Assembly (NCBI GenBank): GCA_047602425.1
Contig: JASGHG010000001.1
Coordinates: 864,001 to 928,000 of the forward strand
Origin: Nibricoccus sp.
GTDB taxonomy: Bacteria; Verrucomicrobiota; Verrucomicrobiia; Opitutales; Opitutaceae
Direction of reading: 5' to 3'
DNA: 64,000 nt
Part shown: one piece after another, positions 60,715 to 64,000 of the stretch
Numbering within the stretch: position 1 is the stretch's first letter
Layout: the number at the start of each line of letters is the position of its first letter
Program-made: the position numbers and the translations under genes
Notes under the pieces: model-generated
Told to the model about the DNA's origin: nothing
Databases searched by the model: none
The model's input: the letters and a program-made list of their open reading frames with translations, nothing else

Positions 60715-62660
60715 ATCGGGTAGCCGGAGGTAATTAGCCTCCGGCCCCCACACCACCCGGCGTACGGGTCCGTACCGGGCGGTTCCGATCTGATTACGTC
60801 ACTTTCACCTTCGTCGCAGGAGGTTTATCCCTTGACGTTGGTTTGGCGGGTAATGATAGGCGATCCATTGGGTTTGCAGGTTGGGCACCCCTTGCTTCTG
60901 CAGCCATTCGTTGGTCAGCGCGGCTTGCACGATGCTGTTGCTGCTCATCCGCCAGCAGCCTTTGCGGCTGCGGCTGGCCAGATGCACTTCTTCTTTCTTC
61001 GCGCCAAGGCGCAGCAGGTTTCGCCGCCGTGTCGGCGCGCGTTTCCATTGTTTCCAGTAGCATTGCCGAACTCGGCGGCGTAGCCATTTATCCAGCTCGA
61101 GCACTTCGCGATACGTGTGGCTGATCCGGTAGTAGCCGATCCAGCCGTTGACGTAGCGGCTCAGGCTGCCGAGCCGGTGTTCCATCGACACGGCCCACGA
61201 GCGGCCGGTCAGTTCGCGCACTTTCGCGCGGAACTCTGCCTCGGCGGCTGGGCTCCAGCGGATTTGTTTCCGTTGGATCTGACAGCCGAGGAACGTGCAG
61301 TCGGCCAGCGGCGCGGCCCGGCTTTTGGCCGGGTTCACCGTGAGTTTTAACTTCTGTTCAACGAACTTCACGACATCGGCCATCACTTGTTCCGCTTTGG
61401 CGCGGCGCGGGACTACGATCAGGAAGTCGTCGGCGTAGCGCGCGAAGCGCAGGCGGCGCCGTTCCAGTTCACGGTCCAGCGGGGTGAGCATGATGTTGGC
61501 GAGCAGGGGCGACAAGGGTCCGCCTTGCGGCACGCCTTTGGTTGTTGGTTCTCGCTTTCCGTTCGGCAACACCACCCCGGCGCGCAGGTAGCGGCCGATC
61601 AGGCGCAGGACGTCCTTGTCCTTTACCTTCGCGGCCACGCGCGCCATAAGCAGGTCGTGGTCGACGTGATCGAAGAAGCTTTTCAGGTCGCAATCGACGG
61701 CGTGGGTGTTACCCTGTGCCGCGGCGTCCCGGATCGAGCGCAGCGCTTGATGGGCGTTGCGTCCGGTTCGGTAGGCGTGACTGTTTTCGCTGAACGTTTC
61801 CTCGAACACCCCGCTCAACTCTTGAGCGAGGGCTTGCTGGATGACCCGGTCCAGCACCGTGGGGATGCCCAGCGGGCGCTCGCCGCCGGTTTTCTTCGGG
61901 ATCGCCACCCGTCGCACGGGCGAGGGGCGGTAGGTCCCGTTCTGCAGTTTGGTGCGTACTTTTGTCCAGTGGGTTCGGATGAACGCGGGGAAGGCCGCGA
62001 TCGACATGGCGTCGATCCCGGGCGCTCCGCCGTTTTGCCGAACCTGCCGCCAGGCGGCATTGATGTTCGCCGGACTCAAGACACGTTCCCATTGTTCGCT
62101 ATGACTGCGGTCTTTCTCCGCCGCTAGGCTGCGCTCGTGGCCGGATTTGGCGTCCAGCGCCAGCTCCAGTTGGAAGCAGCCCGCGGTCTCCGCGGTCCCG
62201 ATCGGTTCGGTCCTTCGCGCGTGCGTGAGGCCTTCCGGGGCTTTCGGCGAGCCTTGTGGAAGGCGCTCGCTTACTCCCGGCTCGTTTCCCGCGCTACTAC
62301 GACTTCTGCTGACTGCTGCGCGTTCGCCGACACGGTTCCCCGTGGCGATGCGGGCTGGTTGCGTGTGCAACCGCCTGCTTGCCGCGCAGCTCTCCCTGGG
62401 TAAGGGACGTGACTTTCCCGACACAACCCCGGGCTTTACCTGTGACGCTGATACCCGGACTTCGTTCTGTGGTGCGCACTCGTCCGCGTCACCGGCCTTG
62501 TAACCCGTTCCTGTTCGTGGGCTCGTCGGTTTGACGCCAGCTTCTTTCCCACAGGGTCTCGCGACACCGCAGTTGCTTTTGTCTAATGCTTTTGGTTTAT
62601 CCATCGGTATCTTGCAGCGAGGACTTCCACCCCACCAGTTCACTCCCATGCCAGGCACAC
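60715..62660 (-). mobile_element. Group IIC-attC intron, 1946 nt
   Basis: 5' end GUGUG, 3' end ..ACCCGAU; short DV 'GAACCGCCCGGUACGGACCCGUACGCCGGGUGGUG' with CGC triad; DVI hairpin; splits R'' GCCGA|AC. Confidence 0.95.
60805..62160 (-). CDS. ltrA: Group II intron reverse transcriptase/maturase, no endonuclease domain (start uncertain)
   Basis: 'RPLGIPTVLDRVIQQA', 'GVPQGGPLSPLLANI', 'RYADD', domain X. Confidence 0.92.
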   Translation of the reverse strand, partial: ALDAKSGHERSLAAEKDRSHSEQWERVLSPANINAAWRQVRQNGGAPGIDAMSIAAFPAFIRTHWTKVRTKLQNGTYRPSPVRRVAIPKKTGGERPLGIPTVLDRVIQQALAQELSGVFEETFSENSHAYRTGRNAHQALRSIRDAAAQGNTHAVDCDLKSFFDHVDHDLLMARVAAKVKDKDVLRLIGRYLRAGVVLPNGKREPTTKGVPQGGPLSPLLANIMLTPLDRELERRRLRFARYADDFLIVVPRRAKAEQVMADVVKFVEQKLKLTVNPAKSRAAPLADCTFLGCQIQRKQIRWSPAAEAEFRAKVRELTGRSWAVSMEHRLGSLSRYVNGWIGYYRISHTYREVLELDKWLRRRVRQCYWKQWKRAPTRRRNLLRLGAKKEEVHLASRSRKGCWRMSSNSIVQAALTNEWLQKQGVPNLQTQWIAYHYPPNQRQGINLLRRR

Positions 62661-62754
62661 ACCAGGCGCTAGAGCACAACGCCTATGCTCGTCACGCCAG
62701 CTGCGTGGCAGCTGTCGCGCCGAGCACAGGCGTGGCTCACCTTTAACGTTCGGC
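62661..62754 (+). repeat. attC: attC5 main part (GCCGA at 60710-60714 is its left end)
   Basis: AC caggc GCTAGAGC...GCTCACC tttaac GTTCGGC. Confidence 0.9.
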
Positions 62755-62760
62755 AAAGAT

Positions 62761-63135
62761 ATGAAGAATATCGGCGTTAGCACGACGGCACTCTTTCTGG
62801 CCTTGGGCGCGCTAGTACTCTGCGTCGTGGCAGAGCCCTTTTATGCCGGTCTGTTGGCAGTGCCCTTTGCGTTAGGCCCCCTTGTTTATTCTCTACAGAT
62901 TGCTTTGCGATGGAAAGAAGCCCGGAAGGTACAAAGAGTGATCGCACTGAGCACATCCCTTTACGCTGCTTGGTTTCTTTTCATCTATCTCGACGGGTTC
63001 TATTGGAATCCCGATGCTCAAAGCGGCATTCTTTTCTTCGTTATCGGGATCTGGTCTTTGCCTGTCATGATTCCTTTCTGGATAGCGGCTCACCGTATAG
63101 GTAAGAAATCTACTTCTAAAGAAATCAAAGCATGA
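62761..63135 (+). CDS. Cassette 6: 4-TM membrane protein
   Basis: Hydrophobic ORF with 'PDAQSGI'. Confidence 0.85.
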   Translation: MKNIGVSTTALFLALGALVLCVVAEPFYAGLLAVPFALGPLVYSLQIALRWKEARKVQRVIALSTSLYAAWFLFIYLDGFYWNPDAQSGILFFVIGIWSLPVMIPFWIAAHRIGKKSTSKEIKA

Positions 63136-63139
63136 AATA

Positions 63140-63238
63140 GCCGAACCAGGCGCTAGAGCACAACGCCGATGTCCGTCACGTCAGCTGCGGGGCAGCTGTC
63201 GCGCCGGCCACAGGCGCGGCACACCTATAACGTTAGGG
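63140..63238 (+). repeat. attC: attC6
   Basis: GCCGAAC...GTTAGGG, similar to attC2, 5 and 7. Confidence 0.92.
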
Positions 63239-63243
63239 AAACT

Positions 63244-63711
63244 ATGAGATACTTACTTATATTCATTGGTTCAATTTGTGGTTTGTATGCCGCAAATACG
63301 ACGTGTTCTGAACTGGCGACGAACCTTGAGCATGGTGTGCAAACGATTGCTTCCGGCCGCATCGACGATGGGTTAACGGAGATAAGTGCCCAGGGTGTGC
63401 CTAGTCGGTCTCCAAAAGAGAGAGCAGAGAATAATCAAAAGTTTAGGGATGCTCTAAAACAGATGTCCGGTTTCGGGGCGGCACGACGTGTTGTGCGATT
63501 CTCTACGCTCTACATAGGCGAAGGCTATTGTCGGATTCGTGTACTTGATAGACGAAACGCAGGCGCTATCCTTTGGACGTTTTTTTGCGAACGCGACGGC
63601 GATAGTTGGTTTATGTGCTCGGTCACCATGACCGCGAATAGTGAATTTGGCAATTTGATGAAGGAATTGGATGCAGCTGATTATGCGAAGGAAGAACAGA
63701 AAACACCCTAA
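63244..63711 (+). CDS. Cassette 7: exported hypothetical protein
   Basis: Signal-like N-terminus; stop codon lies inside R''. Confidence 0.8.
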   Translation: MRYLLIFIGSICGLYAANTTCSELATNLEHGVQTIASGRIDDGLTEISAQGVPSRSPKERAENNQKFRDALKQMSGFGAARRVVRFSTLYIGEGYCRIRVLDRRNAGAILWTFFCERDGDSWFMCSVTMTANSEFGNLMKELDAADYAKEEQKTP

Positions 63712-63804
63712 CCAGGCGCTAGATCACAACGCCTATGCTCGTCACGCCAGCTGCGTGGCAGCTGTCGCGCCGGCCACAGGCGTGGCTCACCTATAACGTT
63801 CGGC
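63706..63804 (+). repeat. attC: attC7
   Basis: CCCTAAC...GCTCACC tataac GTTCGGC. Confidence 0.92.
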
Positions 63805-63807
63805 AAA

Positions 63808-64000
63808 ATGAAAAAATTCATATTTACCCTCTGTTTGCTAGGCTTGTGTGCATCAGGATGTGTGCAGGTGGAGCACAAGGCACAGAAAGAACTTCACGCC
63901 CATATGCGCTATTTGGCAAAAGGGGATCAGATCGAGGTGCTTTCAATGACGTGCAATTTTGAAGCCTATGAGGATGATTTTATCGCTGGATTTAAGCGAG
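63808..64000 (+). CDS. Cassette 8: putative lipoprotein, truncated by the window end
   Basis: MKKFIFTLCLLGLCASGC...; open to the window end. Confidence 0.7.
   Translation, partial: MKKFIFTLCLLGLCASGCVQVEHKAQKELHAHMRYLAKGDQIEVLSMTCNFEAYEDDFIAGFKR

Noticed and set aside
60805..62679. RT as a retron, DGR or defence RT; 624-aa ORF as annotated
   Set aside because: Group II intron ends, DV/DVI and domain X are present; the listed start lies outside the intron, in the attC.
56923..63804. Recurring ~95-bp repeats as a CRISPR array
   Set aside because: Spacers are whole ORFs, the repeats have attC R/L boxes, intI is adjacent, and there are no cas genes.
1..64000. tRNA or rRNA genes
   Set aside because: None recognised by eye; tRNAscan-SE or barrnap would be needed to exclude them.

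Overview
GC-rich bacterial DNA; gene style (ECF sigma factors with long C-terminal fusions, a Ser-linker/GGGGGAPS-type C-terminal tail, CheX) suggests Verrucomicrobiota/Opitutaceae (inference only). 1-29.7 kb is a mix of envelope, transport, hydrolase and regulatory genes. 26.4-47.5 kb is a surface-glycan locus: Wzz-like gene, a GDP-heptose-type hddA-hddC-gmhA-gmhB set plus transaldolase, a kinase-like/coiled-coil/double-GT2 protein, four polytopic membrane proteins, a methyltransferase, and a convergent GT2 and epimerase. 52-54 kb has REP/MITE-like repeats and an unexplained array of AAGGA motifs with an exact 21-nt period. From 55.1 kb to the end is an integron: an N-terminally extended IntI, an attI core at 56644, and at least 8 cassettes with 7 attC sites. 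Two neighbouring attC sites are interrupted by attC-targeting elements. One is an IS110/IS1111-family element (58559-60317) whose 3' non-coding region folds by eye into a two-loop bridge/seek-type RNA; its four guide segments match the attC target and the element's own circle junction. The other is a group IIC-attC intron (60715-62660). Product names come from motif recognition by eye, not database searches.
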